Assembly: GCA_945786985.1 (NCBI GenBank)
Contig: CALZGC010000131.1
Location: forward strand, 946 to 64,945
Reading direction: 5' to 3'
Source: an uncultured Nitrospirota bacterium
GTDB lineage: Bacteria; CG2-30-53-67
DNA length: 64,000 bases
The notes beneath the pieces are model-generated. The model searched no databases, was not told the DNA's origin, and worked only from the letters and a program-made list of their open reading frames with translations. The translations under genes were made by a program, and so were the position numbers. Below, piece by piece: positions 10,813-20,794 of this stretch. How positions within the stretch are numbered: the first letter of the stretch is position 1; each line of letters starts with the position of its first letter.

Positions 10813-11829
10813 TCATGCCTTCCCCTGGCTCACCTGTTTCAATGCCTCCAGCTTTTGCATCGCCCGGCCCGAATCAATCGCCTCGCGGGCCACCCCAACG
10901 GCCTCCCCGATCGATCGGGTCCTGCCGGCCACATAAATGGCGGCGGCCGCGTTGAGCAGGGTGATATCCTTTTTCGGCCCGGCCGCTCCCCGAAGAATGG
11001 AGAGAGTGATCCCGGCGTTTTCCGCGGCGTTGCCCCCCTTGAGGGCCTCGGCACTGCAGCAGGAAAACCCAAGTTCCTCCGGATCCAGGTCAAAGGTATA
11101 GACGCGCCCCTGCCGGAGCTCGGAAACTTTGGTCTTCCCGGTCAGGGTTATTTCATCCAGGCCGTCGTGGCCGTGCACCACATAGGCGTGCCGGGTTCCC
11201 AGTTCCTCAAGGACTTCGCATACCGTTTCCGTCAGTCCCTCGGCGTAGACGCCGATCACCTGATTGGGGGCACCCGCGGGATTTGTCAGGGGTCCGAGAA
11301 TGTTGAAAACCGTGCGAATGCCGATCTCCCGTCTCGGACCGATGGCGTGCTTCATGGCGCCGTGCAGCAGCGGCGCGAAGAGAAACCCCATCCCCACCTC
11401 CCCGATGCAGCGCCGCACCACATCCAGCCCGGCGTCGATGTTCACGCCGAGGGCCTGAAAAAGATCGGCGCTTCCGCTCTGGCTCGAAACCGACCGGTTC
11501 CCGTGCTTGGCCACTGGGACGCCTGCTCCGGCCACCACAAAGGCCGCGGTGGTGGAAATATTGAAGGTTCTGGCACCGTCGCCTCCGGTGCCGCAGGTGT
11601 CCACCAGATCCGCGACATCCACGTCGACCCGCAGGACGCGGTCCCGCATGACCTGGGCGCAGGCCGTGATCTCCTGCACCGTCTCTCCCTTGATCCGCAG
11701 GGCTGTGATGAAGGCCGCGACCTGAGCCGGGGTGGCCCGCCCACCCATGATGTCATCCATCGCCCCGTAGCAATCGTCGCGGTTCAGGTCCTGCCCCTCT
11801 ACGACTTTCTTGATGGCGTTTACAATCAT
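10813..11829 (-). CDS. trpD: Anthranilate phosphoribosyltransferase
   Basis: 338 aa. GTGGDG motif. Confidence 0.9.
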   Translation of the reverse strand: MIVNAIKKVVEGQDLNRDDCYGAMDDIMGGRATPAQVAAFITALRIKGETVQEITACAQVMRDRVLRVDVDVADLVDTCGTGGDGARTFNISTTAAFVVAGAGVPVAKHGNRSVSSQSGSADLFQALGVNIDAGLDVVRRCIGEVGMGFLFAPLLHGAMKHAIGPRREIGIRTVFNILGPLTNPAGAPNQVIGVYAEGLTETVCEVLEELGTRHAYVVHGHDGLDEITLTGKTKVSELRQGRVYTFDLDPEELGFSCCSAEALKGGNAAENAGITLSILRGAAGPKKDITLLNAAAAIYVAGRTRSIGEAVGVAREAIDSGRAMQKLEALKQVSQGKA

Positions 11830-11891
11830 GAACCCCTCCGGGAATCATGCGTCTTTCGCTGCGGCCGGTCCACCGCACGATGTCCGATGCG

Positions 11892-12458
11892 TCACCGCTG
11901 TTTCAGAAAATTCCGCAACAAATCGTGTCCCACTTCGGTCAGAATCGACTCGGGATGGAACTGAACCCCCTCCAAGGGAAGTTGCTTGTGGCGGACCCCC
12001 ATGATCTCGCCGTCATCAGCTTCGGCAGTGATTTCGAAAGTATCCGGCAGACTCTCCCGGAGAATCACCAGGGAGTGATAACGGGTTGCGACAAAGGGGT
12101 TGGGAAGCCCCTCAAAAACCGACCTGCCGTCATGCCGGATCTCGGAAATCTTGCCGTGCATCAGCCGCCCGGCACCGACGATTTTCGCCCCGAAAGCGGC
12201 ACCCATCGACTGATGCCCCAGGCAGACGCCGAGGATCGGCAGCTTACCCGCAAAGTGCCGAATGGCCGCCACCGAGATCCCCGCCTCCCGCGGCGTACAC
12301 GGACCGGGAGAGATGACCATCCGATCCGGCCGCAGGGCCTCGATCTCCTCAATCGTGATCTTGTCGTTTCGGTAGACCGCCAGTTCCTCTCCCAACTCCC
12401 CAAGGTACTGCACCAGGTTGTAGGTGAAAGAATCGTAGTTGTCGATCATTAGAAGCAC
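11892..12458 (-). CDS. trpG: Anthranilate synthase component II (glutamine amidotransferase)
   Basis: 188 aa class-I GATase (..GVCLGHQ..). GTG start at 12458 (in-frame ATG at 12449). Confidence 0.85.
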   Translation of the reverse strand: MLLMIDNYDSFTYNLVQYLGELGEELAVYRNDKITIEEIEALRPDRMVISPGPCTPREAGISVAAIRHFAGKLPILGVCLGHQSMGAAFGAKIVGAGRLMHGKISEIRHDGRSVFEGLPNPFVATRYHSLVILRESLPDTFEITAEADDGEIMGVRHKQLPLEGVQFHPESILTEVGHDLLRNFLKQR

Positions 12459-12696
12459 AAAAACACCCAGTCAAAGATTAAAGACAAAAAATCAAAAATA
12501 AAGCATGAGGTCTGTCACGGCCATGTTGAGCCTTACATTTGGATTCTTGCCTTTCAACTCCTTCTCAATGGACAGATGAAGCCCAAGGAATGATCTCCTC
12601 TATCATAATCTTGATCTGCTTCTTGTCTCTAAACTTTTTGATCTTTGCCCTTTGATTCTTGATTTGCCTTATCTTTGATCCTTAAGCTTTGATCTT
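12459..12696. repeat. Low-GC (~38%) repeat-rich intergenic spacer inside the trp operon (GATCAAAG-type degenerate direct repeats)
   Basis: 238 bp between the trpE stop and the trpG start. On the operon strand, at least six copies of (A)GATCAA(A/G)G spaced about 8-17 nt apart. No ORF of 60 aa or more. Confidence 0.6.
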
Positions 12697-14187
12697 TCAA
12701 TTGTTATCTATCCCTTGCCGCGCAATCTCGATCGCCTTCAACATCCCCCGGGCCTTGTTGAGGGTCTCCTCGTACTCCCGCTCCGGATCGGAGTCAGCCA
12801 CAATGCCGGCGCCGGCCTGCAGGTAGAGATCCTCACCCCGGACAATAATGGTCCGAATGGTGATACAGGTGTCCATGTTTCCGGAAAAGCCGATGTAGCC
12901 GACCGCCCCCGCGTAGGGCCCGCGCCGCACCGGTTCGAGCTCCTCGATGATTTCCATGGCCCGGATCTTGGGAGCCCCCGATACCGTGCCGGCCGGAAAA
13001 CAGGCGCGCAGAACATCATAGGCGTCTTTGCCGGGAGCCAGCAGGCCCACCACATCCGAGACAATATGCATGACGTGGGAGTACTTCTCAATGACCATCA
13101 GCTCCTGCACCTCCACCGTCCCCGTGCGGACCACACGCCCCACGTCGTTGCGCCCGAGATCGACCAGCATGATATGCTCCGCACGCTCCTTGGGGTCGGC
13201 CAGCAGCTCTTCCATGAGCCGCGCGTCTTCGGCGGCATCCTGGCCGCGGGGGCGGGTGCCGGCGATGGGCCGCACCTCCACCCGATCCTGCTCCACCCGG
13301 ACGAGTACCTCCGGTGAGGAACCGATGATACGGATCTCCCCCATGCGCAGAAAATACATATAGGGCGAGGGATTGACCGTCCGCAGAACCCGGTAGATAT
13401 CGAAGGGATCATTCTTAAGCTGCGCATGGAATCGCTGGGACAGCACCACCTGAATGACGTCGCCCGCCACAATGTAATCCTTGGCCCGGTTCACCGCCTG
13501 GTGGAAATGCTCCCGAGAAAAACTGGACGCCGGAATGTCGACCGCCACCTTCCGGGGCAGGGACAGATTCACGATTTCGCACGGGACATTAAGCTGCGCA
13601 ATCATCCGGTCGATCCGCTCGCCGGCCTCCCGGTAACGGGCCTCGGGATCGTCCCCTTCTTCCAGGAAAACGTTGGAGACCACCAGGATCTTCTTCTCGT
13701 GGTTGTCGAAGATGAGCAGATCATACATGACCATGAGCAACAGATCCGGAAATCCAGAGTCCTCCTTGGCGATTTCGGGAATCTCTTCGAAGTACCGGAC
13801 CATATCGTAGCCCATGTAGCCGACCGCGCCCCCGACGAAACGGGGCAGGTCCGGATCGCTCACCGGCCTGAACTGAGACATCCGCTGCCGTACAAACTCC
13901 AGGGGGTCTTCCCCCTCCCGCCGCGCCTCAACCACGCCGTTGCGTGTCCAACGGACTTCGTTCCCCCTGGCCTCGAGCAAGGCACCGGGCGCACTCCCGA
14001 GAAAGCTGTAGCGGCCCCACTTCTCGCCCCCTTCCACACTCTCGAACAGGAAAGAAAACCGTCCGTCATCGATCTTCCGGAAGGCGGAGACAGGGGTCTC
14101 CATGTCGGCCAGGATCTCCTTGTAGACGGGCACAAGATTGCCTTCGCCCGATCGGCGGAGGAACTCCTTCAGGGATGGGTAGAGCAT
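12697..14187 (-). CDS. trpE: Anthranilate synthase component I
   Basis: 496 aa chorismate-binding enzyme. First gene of trpEGDCFBA. Confidence 0.9.
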   Translation of the reverse strand: MLYPSLKEFLRRSGEGNLVPVYKEILADMETPVSAFRKIDDGRFSFLFESVEGGEKWGRYSFLGSAPGALLEARGNEVRWTRNGVVEARREGEDPLEFVRQRMSQFRPVSDPDLPRFVGGAVGYMGYDMVRYFEEIPEIAKEDSGFPDLLLMVMYDLLIFDNHEKKILVVSNVFLEEGDDPEARYREAGERIDRMIAQLNVPCEIVNLSLPRKVAVDIPASSFSREHFHQAVNRAKDYIVAGDVIQVVLSQRFHAQLKNDPFDIYRVLRTVNPSPYMYFLRMGEIRIIGSSPEVLVRVEQDRVEVRPIAGTRPRGQDAAEDARLMEELLADPKERAEHIMLVDLGRNDVGRVVRTGTVEVQELMVIEKYSHVMHIVSDVVGLLAPGKDAYDVLRACFPAGTVSGAPKIRAMEIIEELEPVRRGPYAGAVGYIGFSGNMDTCITIRTIIVRGEDLYLQAGAGIVADSDPEREYEETLNKARGMLKAIEIARQGIDNN

Positions 14188-14217
14188 CTCATTCCTCGTT
14201 TGTACAAAAGATCTTAA

Positions 14218-14248
14218 TATTTAGCATATTGGTGACAGGTGTGTCAAG
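14218..14248 (-). promoter_or_regulatory. Candidate sigma70 promoter for trpE (TTGACA-N17/18-TAAATA)
   Basis: Minus strand: gttcTTGACAcacctgtcaccaatatgcTAAATAttaag, about 30-60 bp upstream of the trpE ATG. Confidence 0.3.
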
Positions 14249-14301
14249 AACTTCACATGGCGTAACTGCAGACAACAAAAGGGGAAACTGCTCTCGATCA
14301 C

Positions 14302-14342
14302 AAAAAAAGCACCCGGTGCCGTTGCGGATGCGGCACGGGTGC
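14302..14342 (-). terminator. Intrinsic-terminator-like hairpin (12-bp GC-rich stem, 9-nt loop, followed by T7 on the minus strand) in the trpE upstream region
   Basis: Minus-strand read: GCACCCGTGCCG-catccgcaa-CGGCACGGGTGC-TTTTTTTG, about 150 nt upstream of the trpE start. Divergent intergenic region, so there is no upstream minus-strand gene for it to terminate. Confidence 0.5.
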
Positions 14343-14552
14343 TTTCTTCTGAAAACCCGACCAGACAGCTAATAAACCACAAGATCGGTTTGTTGACTTA
14401 AAATTTATTCTGCCTGCCGGGTCCATTATGTAGCCAGACTATAGCGGAGGATCGGCGCTCTGTCAAGGTGGCGCTTAACATTTGTGAGCGGTCATCGTCT
14501 GTGGTATACATGGAGGAAACTGCAACCGACCACCGGCAGGGGAGACCTAATA

Positions 14553-15044
14553 ATGAGCCAGAAATTTTCGGGACAGGAAATCGTCGATATCGCCATCCGA
14601 ATCGAGAAGAACGGTGAAGCCCTCTATAAGGCACTTGCCGAACAAACCGAATACATGGATGTGAAACACGCCTTCAAAGCCCTGGCCAACGAAGAGAAAC
14701 AGCACATCGAATCGTTTGATCGCATCCGGGAACTGATCGGAAACTTTGCAGCGCAGGAGGCCTATCCGGGAGAGTACACTCTCTACCTGCAGGCACTCAT
14801 CGAAGAAAACGTCTTCTCCAAGGCCGACATCTTCCTGGAGCTGGCCAGAAAAGTCGCGACGGTTCCGGAGGCCCTCGACTTGGCGCTCGCGTTCGAAAAG
14901 GAGACGATCATCTTCCTCAACGGCGTCAGGGATGCTCTCGAAACGGACGATTTCCCCATTCTCAACGAATTGATTGAGCAGGAAAAGGAACACGTTCTCA
15001 AGCTGTCCGAGATCAAGCAGACCCTTACTACCAAAACAGACTGA
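14553..15044 (+). CDS. Ferritin-like/rubrerythrin-domain protein
   Basis: 163 aa (MSQKFSGQEIVDIAIRIEKNGEALYKALAE...EKQHIESF...), a four-helix-bundle ferritin-like pattern. RBS GGGGAGA before the ATG at 14553 (the ORF-track start at 14484 lacks an RBS). Confidence 0.5.
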   Translation: MSQKFSGQEIVDIAIRIEKNGEALYKALAEQTEYMDVKHAFKALANEEKQHIESFDRIRELIGNFAAQEAYPGEYTLYLQALIEENVFSKADIFLELARKVATVPEALDLALAFEKETIIFLNGVRDALETDDFPILNELIEQEKEHVLKLSEIKQTLTTKTD

Positions 15045-15134
15045 TCTCAGATCTCGCGCACCGGGGAACACCCCCGCGACACCGGACGGCTGGACATCGC
15101 TTAAAGCCGGTGCGGACACATGCCGTTCGGGCCC

Positions 15135-16487
15135 TCACGATTCCGGATCGCCCATGTCCCCCATCAGCCGGGCCGAGTCGGCAGCGGGGAGCTCCGCCAC
15201 CTTCCGCAGCTTCCGTTCGATGTTTCGAGACTTGCGGGCCGCACTCTCAATGGTGTTGCCCGCTTCCTTGAGTTTCTTCTGCGTCTTCTCCAGGATGTCC
15301 CCGAACTTTCCGAACTCCGTCTTGACCGCCCCCAGGAGTGCCCATACCTCACTGGAACGCTTCTCAATGGCCAGGGTTCGGAACCCCATTTGAAGGCTGT
15401 TGAGAAAGGCCGAAAGGGTGGTAGGGCCGGTCACCGTCACCCGGTGCTCCCGCTGCAGAAAATCGAAGAGACCGGAGCGGCGCAGAACCTCCGCATAGAG
15501 CCCCTCCGTCGGCAGGAACATGACGGCGAAATCGGTGGTGTGGGGCGGGTCGATATATTTGTCTTTGATCTCCCGGGCGCTCGCCTTGATCCTGAGTTCC
15601 AGCTGTTTCGCAGCCTCCTCGGCCCGGGCAGCATCGGCCGCCTCCTGCGCGGCCAGAAGCCTTTCATAATCCTCCTGCGGAAACTTGGCATCCAGAGGGA
15701 GCCAGACTTCCTGACCATTGCTTTCGTCCCGCCCGGGAAATCGGATGGCAAACTCCACACGGTGGCTGCTGCCCCGCTTGGTCGCCACGTTTCGGGCGTA
15801 TTGATCCTGGGTCAGAATCTCCTCGAGGATCGCCCCCAGTTGGATCTCCCCCCAGGTTCCGCGGGTCTTCACATTGGTCAAAACCCGCTTGAGGTCGCCC
15901 ACACCGGCCGCCAGGGTCTGCATCTCCCCGAGCCCCTGGTGGACCATCTCGAGGCGCTCGCTCACCAGTTTGAACGACTCGCCCAGTCGCTTCTCCAGAG
16001 TTTCATGCAATTTTTCGTCCACAATCGCCCGCATCTGATCTAGTTTCCGGCTGTTTTCGTCCTGGAGGCCTTTGAGCCGGGTATCCAGGGCCTGACGCAG
16101 GGACTCGAGTTTCGCCTCATTGGTCTGTGTCAGCGATGAGAGCTGTTTGGCAAAGGAGTCGAGCTGATCCTTCTGGAGGTGTGAAATCTGCGACGTCTGG
16201 GAGAGGAGTGAGTCGGTGAAGAATTTCAGGGAGCTGCGCAGTTCGTCACGACCTTGTCTGGCGTTGTAGGCGGCTTCCTCCCGATTGACCGAGAGTTCCT
16301 CCTTGACGGCCCGTTCGATCCGTTCCTGATCCCGTTCCACGGACGAGAAGCCTTCTTCCTGGTGGCGGCGCAACGATCCGTACCGCGCCACCAGGACGAT
16401 GATCAGTATCAGAGCGACCAGGAGAAGGAGACCGCCGATGAGTGCCGGCCAGCCCGATGTCAGCAGATGTTGCAGTTGGGGGTTCAT
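15135..16487 (-). CDS. rmuC: DNA recombination protein RmuC
   Basis: N-terminal TM helix, long coiled coil and a C-terminal RmuC nuclease-like domain. Start at MNPQLQ (16487) with RBS GGAGAGG. Confidence 0.75.
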   Translation of the reverse strand: MNPQLQHLLTSGWPALIGGLLLLVALILIIVLVARYGSLRRHQEEGFSSVERDQERIERAVKEELSVNREEAAYNARQGRDELRSSLKFFTDSLLSQTSQISHLQKDQLDSFAKQLSSLTQTNEAKLESLRQALDTRLKGLQDENSRKLDQMRAIVDEKLHETLEKRLGESFKLVSERLEMVHQGLGEMQTLAAGVGDLKRVLTNVKTRGTWGEIQLGAILEEILTQDQYARNVATKRGSSHRVEFAIRFPGRDESNGQEVWLPLDAKFPQEDYERLLAAQEAADAARAEEAAKQLELRIKASAREIKDKYIDPPHTTDFAVMFLPTEGLYAEVLRRSGLFDFLQREHRVTVTGPTTLSAFLNSLQMGFRTLAIEKRSSEVWALLGAVKTEFGKFGDILEKTQKKLKEAGNTIESAARKSRNIERKLRKVAELPAADSARLMGDMGDPES

Positions 16488-16698
16488 GGGTCCTCTCCGA
16501 TTCGACACGCCCATAGCACGTCTGTGGGCGGCCCCACGAGAAGCCGCCCGGGAGCACCGACCCGGCGTCATCGTATAGCATCGATGCCGCCCGGATCAAG
16601 GAAAATTCTGGCTCGCTGTGAACCGGACCGTCTTCACGTAACACCGTGACCGCTTCTGCTTGGGATTTGAGAGAATTTTCGGCTATACTGGGGCCGCG

Positions 16699-17721
16699 AT
16701 GCGACGGATTCTCCACATCGATATGGACGCCTTTTTCGCCGCGGTCGAGGAGCGGCGACACCCCAATTTGAAGGGCCGACCGATCGTCATCGGTGGCCGG
16801 GGCGACCCGGACAGCCGCGGGGTCGTCTCCACCGCGTCCTATGCGGCAAGAAAGTATGGCGTGCACTCCGGGATCCCGCTGAGAACGGCCCTCAAGCTCT
16901 GCCCGGATGCGGTCTTCCTCCCGGTGGACTACCGGAGCTATGCCCGGGTGTCGGAGGAGATCAAGATCATTCTCGCCTCCGTGACGCCCCTCATGGAAGA
17001 CGTGGGGATCGACGAGGCCTTCCTGGATCTGTCAGCCATGGACCAGCCGCCGGAAACGATCGCCCGGGAAATCAAGAAACGGATCCTGGAGGCCACCGGC
17101 CTGAGCTGCTCCATCGGTATTGCCCCGAACAAACTGCTGGCCAAGATCGCCTCCGACCTGCAGAAGCCGGACGGACTGACCGTGCTCGGCGAAGACGATA
17201 TTGCCGAGACGATCTGGCCGCTGCCGGTTCGCAAACTTCGGGGAGTCGGCCCCAAAACCGAAAGCGTTCTCAAGCGCATGGGAGTCCATACCATCGGCGA
17301 TCTTGCCGTGGCTTCGGTGGAGCGCATGACCGAACGTTTCGGCCCGTCCCACGGGCGCACCCTCCACCGCGCCGCCCTCGGGATCGATGAAAGTCCCATC
17401 ATCATACACTGGGAGCCAAAATCCATCGGCCGGGAAACAACCTTTCAGCGGGATCTGAGCCACTGGCAGGAAATCGCCCGAGCCCTGGCCCACCTGACCC
17501 GCCAGGTCGTCTCGTCACTCAAGGCCGCCGGCTACCGCGCACGGACTGTGACGGTCAAGGTCCGATTCAGTGATTTCGACACCCAGACGCGGGCGATGAC
17601 GCTGGACGGACCGAGCGACTCCCCGGACCTCCTGAGACGGGCCGCCTTTCAGTGCCTTGGCAGGTTTGAACTGAAAAAGAGCGTCCGGCTCCTCGGGATG
17701 CGGGTGAGCAAACTGGAATAG
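16699..17721 (+). CDS. dinB: DNA polymerase IV (Y-family)
   Basis: MRRILHIDMDAFFAAVEERR... is the canonical DinB N-terminus. 340 aa. Confidence 0.85.
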   Translation: MRRILHIDMDAFFAAVEERRHPNLKGRPIVIGGRGDPDSRGVVSTASYAARKYGVHSGIPLRTALKLCPDAVFLPVDYRSYARVSEEIKIILASVTPLMEDVGIDEAFLDLSAMDQPPETIAREIKKRILEATGLSCSIGIAPNKLLAKIASDLQKPDGLTVLGEDDIAETIWPLPVRKLRGVGPKTESVLKRMGVHTIGDLAVASVERMTERFGPSHGRTLHRAALGIDESPIIIHWEPKSIGRETTFQRDLSHWQEIARALAHLTRQVVSSLKAAGYRARTVTVKVRFSDFDTQTRAMTLDGPSDSPDLLRRAAFQCLGRFELKKSVRLLGMRVSKLE

Positions 17722-17804
17722 CACGCTGCGCACCGCTGACGCCGCTCACAGGCGCCCCCGGGTCCGCACTTTACAACAGTTGCGATTTAAGGTAGTGTCC
17801 TGCC

Positions 17805-18503
17805 ATGAGTGAGTTGAGCAGGCAGTCCCCCTCCGATACTAAGAAATCCCGCTTCGGGTGGATGCACATTCTGGGAATTGCCACCGGGGTGATTCTCTTG
17901 AGCGCGCTGATCACGGTCTGGTGGGTGAAGCATAACATTTATGCGTCCCAATTCAACCCGACCCAGTTGAATGTAAAGGAACAGCGGGTTCTGGACTCCA
18001 AGCTGGCGCGACTGGAGGCGTCGGCACAGAAGACCGGCGGCAAGGCCCTCCCGAAATACGCCGAACCCCAGGCTCCGCTGGAGCCCGAACCGTATACGGA
18101 AGAAGGAGCCAAGCGGGAAATCAGCCTCACCGAAAAGGAGCTCAACGCCCTCATCGCCAATCAGCCCGAGATCGCCCAGCGCGTCGCCATTGACCTCTCG
18201 GACAACCTCGTGAGTGTGAAGCTCGTCGTGCCCGTCGATGACGAAGTGCTGTTCCTGGGCGGCAAAACGCTGCGGCTTAACCTCGGCCTTGCCCTGAACT
18301 ATCAGGCGGGTCAACCGGTGGTCGCGCTGCAGGGAGTGACCCTGGGCGGGATCCCCCTGCCCAACGCATGGCTCGGCGGGGTGAAATACAAGAATCTGGT
18401 GAACGAATTCGGCACCGAAGGGGGGTTCTGGAAGCTTTTCGCGGACGGCGTGGAAGATCTGCAGGTCCGGGATGGCCGGATCCATATCCGGCTGAAAGAG
18501 TAA
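17805..18503 (+). CDS. Hypothetical N-terminally anchored membrane protein
   Basis: 232 aa, one N-terminal TM (ILGIATGVILLSALITVWWV). No recognisable catalytic motif. Confidence 0.4.
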   Translation: MSELSRQSPSDTKKSRFGWMHILGIATGVILLSALITVWWVKHNIYASQFNPTQLNVKEQRVLDSKLARLEASAQKTGGKALPKYAEPQAPLEPEPYTEEGAKREISLTEKELNALIANQPEIAQRVAIDLSDNLVSVKLVVPVDDEVLFLGGKTLRLNLGLALNYQAGQPVVALQGVTLGGIPLPNAWLGGVKYKNLVNEFGTEGGFWKLFADGVEDLQVRDGRIHIRLKE

Positions 18504-18535
18504 CCCGCCGCGGGTTAGCCCCCCTGCATGCAGGG
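18501..18535. terminator. Tandem GC-rich hairpins between convergent genes (TAACCCGCCGCGGGTTA; CCCTGCATGCAGGG)
   Basis: A perfect 8-bp-arm palindrome overlapping the TAA stop of the upstream gene, followed by a 7-bp-arm palindrome. No U-tract. Confidence 0.35.
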
Positions 18536-18651
18536 AATCCTGCCCCGTCGCCTCACCTCTGTTCAGACCATCGTTTCCCTTTGAAACTCCATCATACCGG
18601 GCACCGGCCGATCCCTTTTCTGCAGAGGTTTCTGTTTCCTCGGACGGGCCA

Positions 18652-20268
18652 TCATCGTGCGAGATAACCGGGCGGTGTGAGCACGGTGTTCTGAGGGGCT
18701 TGCCGGATGTCGGGCTCGGGATAGTCCAGGGTGAAGTGCAGACCCCGGCTCTCTTTCCGGGCCAGAGCCGAACGGATCATCAGGTCGGCCACCACGGCCA
18801 GATTCCGCAGCTCCAGCAGGTCACTGGTCACGCGGAAGTTGCCGTAGTATTCCTGAATCTCGTTGAGCAGAAGATCCACGCGGTGTTTGGCCCGCTGCAG
18901 TCTCTTGGTGGTGCGCACAATACCGACGTAATCCCACATGAAGCGGCGCAGTTCATGCCAGTTGTGGGAAACCACCACCTCCTCATCGGAATCGGTCACC
19001 CGGCTCTCGTCCCATTCAGGCAGCGCCGCTGCATCGGGCGCAAACACTTCATGATCGTGAGTCCGGATATGCGCCGCCGCGGACTGGCCAAAGACGAGAC
19101 ATTCCAGGAGGGAGTTGCTGGCCATCCGGTTGGCACCGTGAAGTCCGGTAAACGCGACTTCCCCCACGGCATAGAGATTGTCCACGTCGGTCCGCCCGTG
19201 GAGGTCGGTCATGACGCCGCCGCATGTATAGTGGGCAGCAGGCACCACGGGAATGGGGTCGGTGGAAAGATCAAATCCGTATTCCGTGCAGCGCTTATGA
19301 ATGTTGGGGAAATGAACCTGAATGAACTCTGCCGGTTTGTGGCTGATGTCGAGGTAGACACAGTCAATGCCGAGGCGTTTCATCTCATGGTCGATGGCGC
19401 GAGCCACCACATCGCGTGGCGCCAGCTCGGCGCGGCCATCGAAGCCTTCCATGAAGGCCGTCCCATCGGGCAGACGCAGGATCGCCCCTTCCCCCCGCAG
19501 CGCCTCGGTGATCAGAAAGGATTTGGCCTCGGGATGGTAGAGGCAGGTTGGATGGAACTGGTTGAACTCCATGTTGGCCACACGGCAGCCGGCGCGCCAG
19601 GCCATGGCAATGCCATCCCCCGTGGCCACATCGGGATTGCTCGTGTAAAGATAGACCTTGCTGGCCCCGCCCGTGGCGAGCACCACATGGCGGGCCTGCA
19701 CCACTTCGACCCGTCCGCCTGCCCGGTCCAGGACATAAGCCCCCAGGCAGCGATTGTTGGCCAGTCCCAACTTCCGGGAAACAATCAGATCAACCGCAAT
19801 ATGTTTTTCATGAACGGTGATGTTCGGATGATGACGGGCCTGATCTTCCAGCGTCGTCTCGATGGCCGCGCCGGTGGCATCTTCTGCATGGATGATGCGC
19901 CGATGACTGTGGCCACCTTCCCGGGTCAGGTGATAGCCGCCGATGCCCTCCCGCCGCCCCTCGCGCGTGAAGGAGACCCCCAGGTCAATGAGCCACTGGA
20001 TGTTCTCCCGTCCGTGCTTGACGGTGTGCGCAACAACCGCCTCATCGCAGAGACCGGCCCCGGCGTTCACGGTATCTTCAATATGAGCCTCGAGGGAGTC
20101 CTCCAGGTCGAGCACGGCTGCGAGCCCGCCCTGTGCGTAGTACGTGCCGCCTTCCCGGAGGATATCTTTGGAAATGACAGTGATACGGTAGGTGTCGGCC
20201 AGACGCAGTGCAAGACTCAGGCCCGCCGCGCCCGACCCGATGACCAGAATGTCGCTTTCGCGCTGCAT
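18652..20268 (-). CDS. nadB: L-aspartate oxidase
   Basis: FAD-binding [13 protein letters not shown]-terminus, succinate dehydrogenase/fumarate reductase flavoprotein fold. Start at MQRESD (20268). Confidence 0.85.
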   Translation of the reverse strand: MQRESDILVIGSGAAGLSLALRLADTYRITVISKDILREGGTYYAQGGLAAVLDLEDSLEAHIEDTVNAGAGLCDEAVVAHTVKHGRENIQWLIDLGVSFTREGRREGIGGYHLTREGGHSHRRIIHAEDATGAAIETTLEDQARHHPNITVHEKHIAVDLIVSRKLGLANNRCLGAYVLDRAGGRVEVVQARHVVLATGGASKVYLYTSNPDVATGDGIAMAWRAGCRVANMEFNQFHPTCLYHPEAKSFLITEALRGEGAILRLPDGTAFMEGFDGRAELAPRDVVARAIDHEMKRLGIDCVYLDISHKPAEFIQVHFPNIHKRCTEYGFDLSTDPIPVVPAAHYTCGGVMTDLHGRTDVDNLYAVGEVAFTGLHGANRMASNSLLECLVFGQSAAAHIRTHDHEVFAPDAAALPEWDESRVTDSDEEVVVSHNWHELRRFMWDYVGIVRTTKRLQRAKHRVDLLLNEIQEYYGNFRVTSDLLELRNLAVVADLMIRSALARKESRGLHFTLDYPEPDIRQAPQNTVLTPPGYLAR

Positions 20269-20368
20269 GACTCGCCTCGATTGGGCTCCACCGAACCCGG
20301 GATCAACCCGGTTTGTCCCGGGCCCAAGACCGCTGCTCCGTGAGGCGTCCCGTCTTGCCGTCACGGCC

Positions 20369-20794
20369 TCAGTTGAATGTATCCAGAATATACTGGGCGA
20401 TCAGCCGTGCCTGATCGTCGGGCAGCGTCGTTTCATCGTAGCGCGCCATCCCGGGTCCGGGGTTTCGAATGGTCTGTACGATAGCCTCCACCGAGTTGGT
20501 GCCGTGGGTGTCCCGATCGGCCTTGCTGAGCGTCTTCTTGGGATTAATGATGTTGCCACCCCCGGCGTGACACATGGCACACAGCTCCTTGAAGAGCGCT
20601 TCTCCCGAACGTTCTCCTGCGGCGCTCTTGGCTGTTTCCATCGGCGCAGGCGCCGGTGCAGCTGCTTGCGGGGCCGGCTTCTCGGCCACGGCAGCAGGCT
20701 TTGCCTTCTCTGCGGGCTGCTGCTGACAACCGCCGGACCAAAACAAGAGGCACATCAGACACAGGGAAAGAACCATTGCAAAAAGATTTCTCAT
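20369..20794 (-). CDS. Monohaem c-type cytochrome (class I, lipoprotein-type signal)
   Basis: Signal peptide [23 protein letters not shown] and a single CAMCH haem-binding motif. RBS AAGGAGGAGA. Confidence 0.6.
   Translation of the reverse strand: MRNLFAMVLSLCLMCLLFWSGGCQQQPAEKAKPAAVAEKPAPQAAAPAPAPMETAKSAAGERSGEALFKELCAMCHAGGGNIINPKKTLSKADRDTHGTNSVEAIVQTIRNPGPGMARYDETTLPDDQARLIAQYILDTFN

Noticed and set aside
10855-11964. 369-aa plus-strand ORF across trpD
   Set aside because: Antisense to an unambiguous trpD. Composition is typical of GC-frame artefacts.
14343-14480. Search for a tandem-Trp leader peptide upstream of trpE
   Set aside because: Only single, isolated TGG codons in short frames (e.g. 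MDPAGRINFK...LAVWSGF...). No tandem Trp codons and no convincing RBS, so no leader peptide is called even though the hairpin and U-tract are reported.
15120-16043. 307-aa plus-strand ORF opposite rmuC
   Set aside because: Shadow ORF. rmuC on the other strand has clear family features and operon context.
16488-16698. LexA/SOS box upstream of dinB
   Set aside because: No match to the deltaproteobacterial GGTT-N2-C-N4-G-N3-ACC or the CTGT-N8-ACAG consensus. Only weak partial palindromes (CACGTAACACCGTG).
18700-20343. 547-aa plus-strand ORF opposite nadB
   Set aside because: Shadow ORF. The minus strand has the FAD-binding fingerprint of L-aspartate oxidase.
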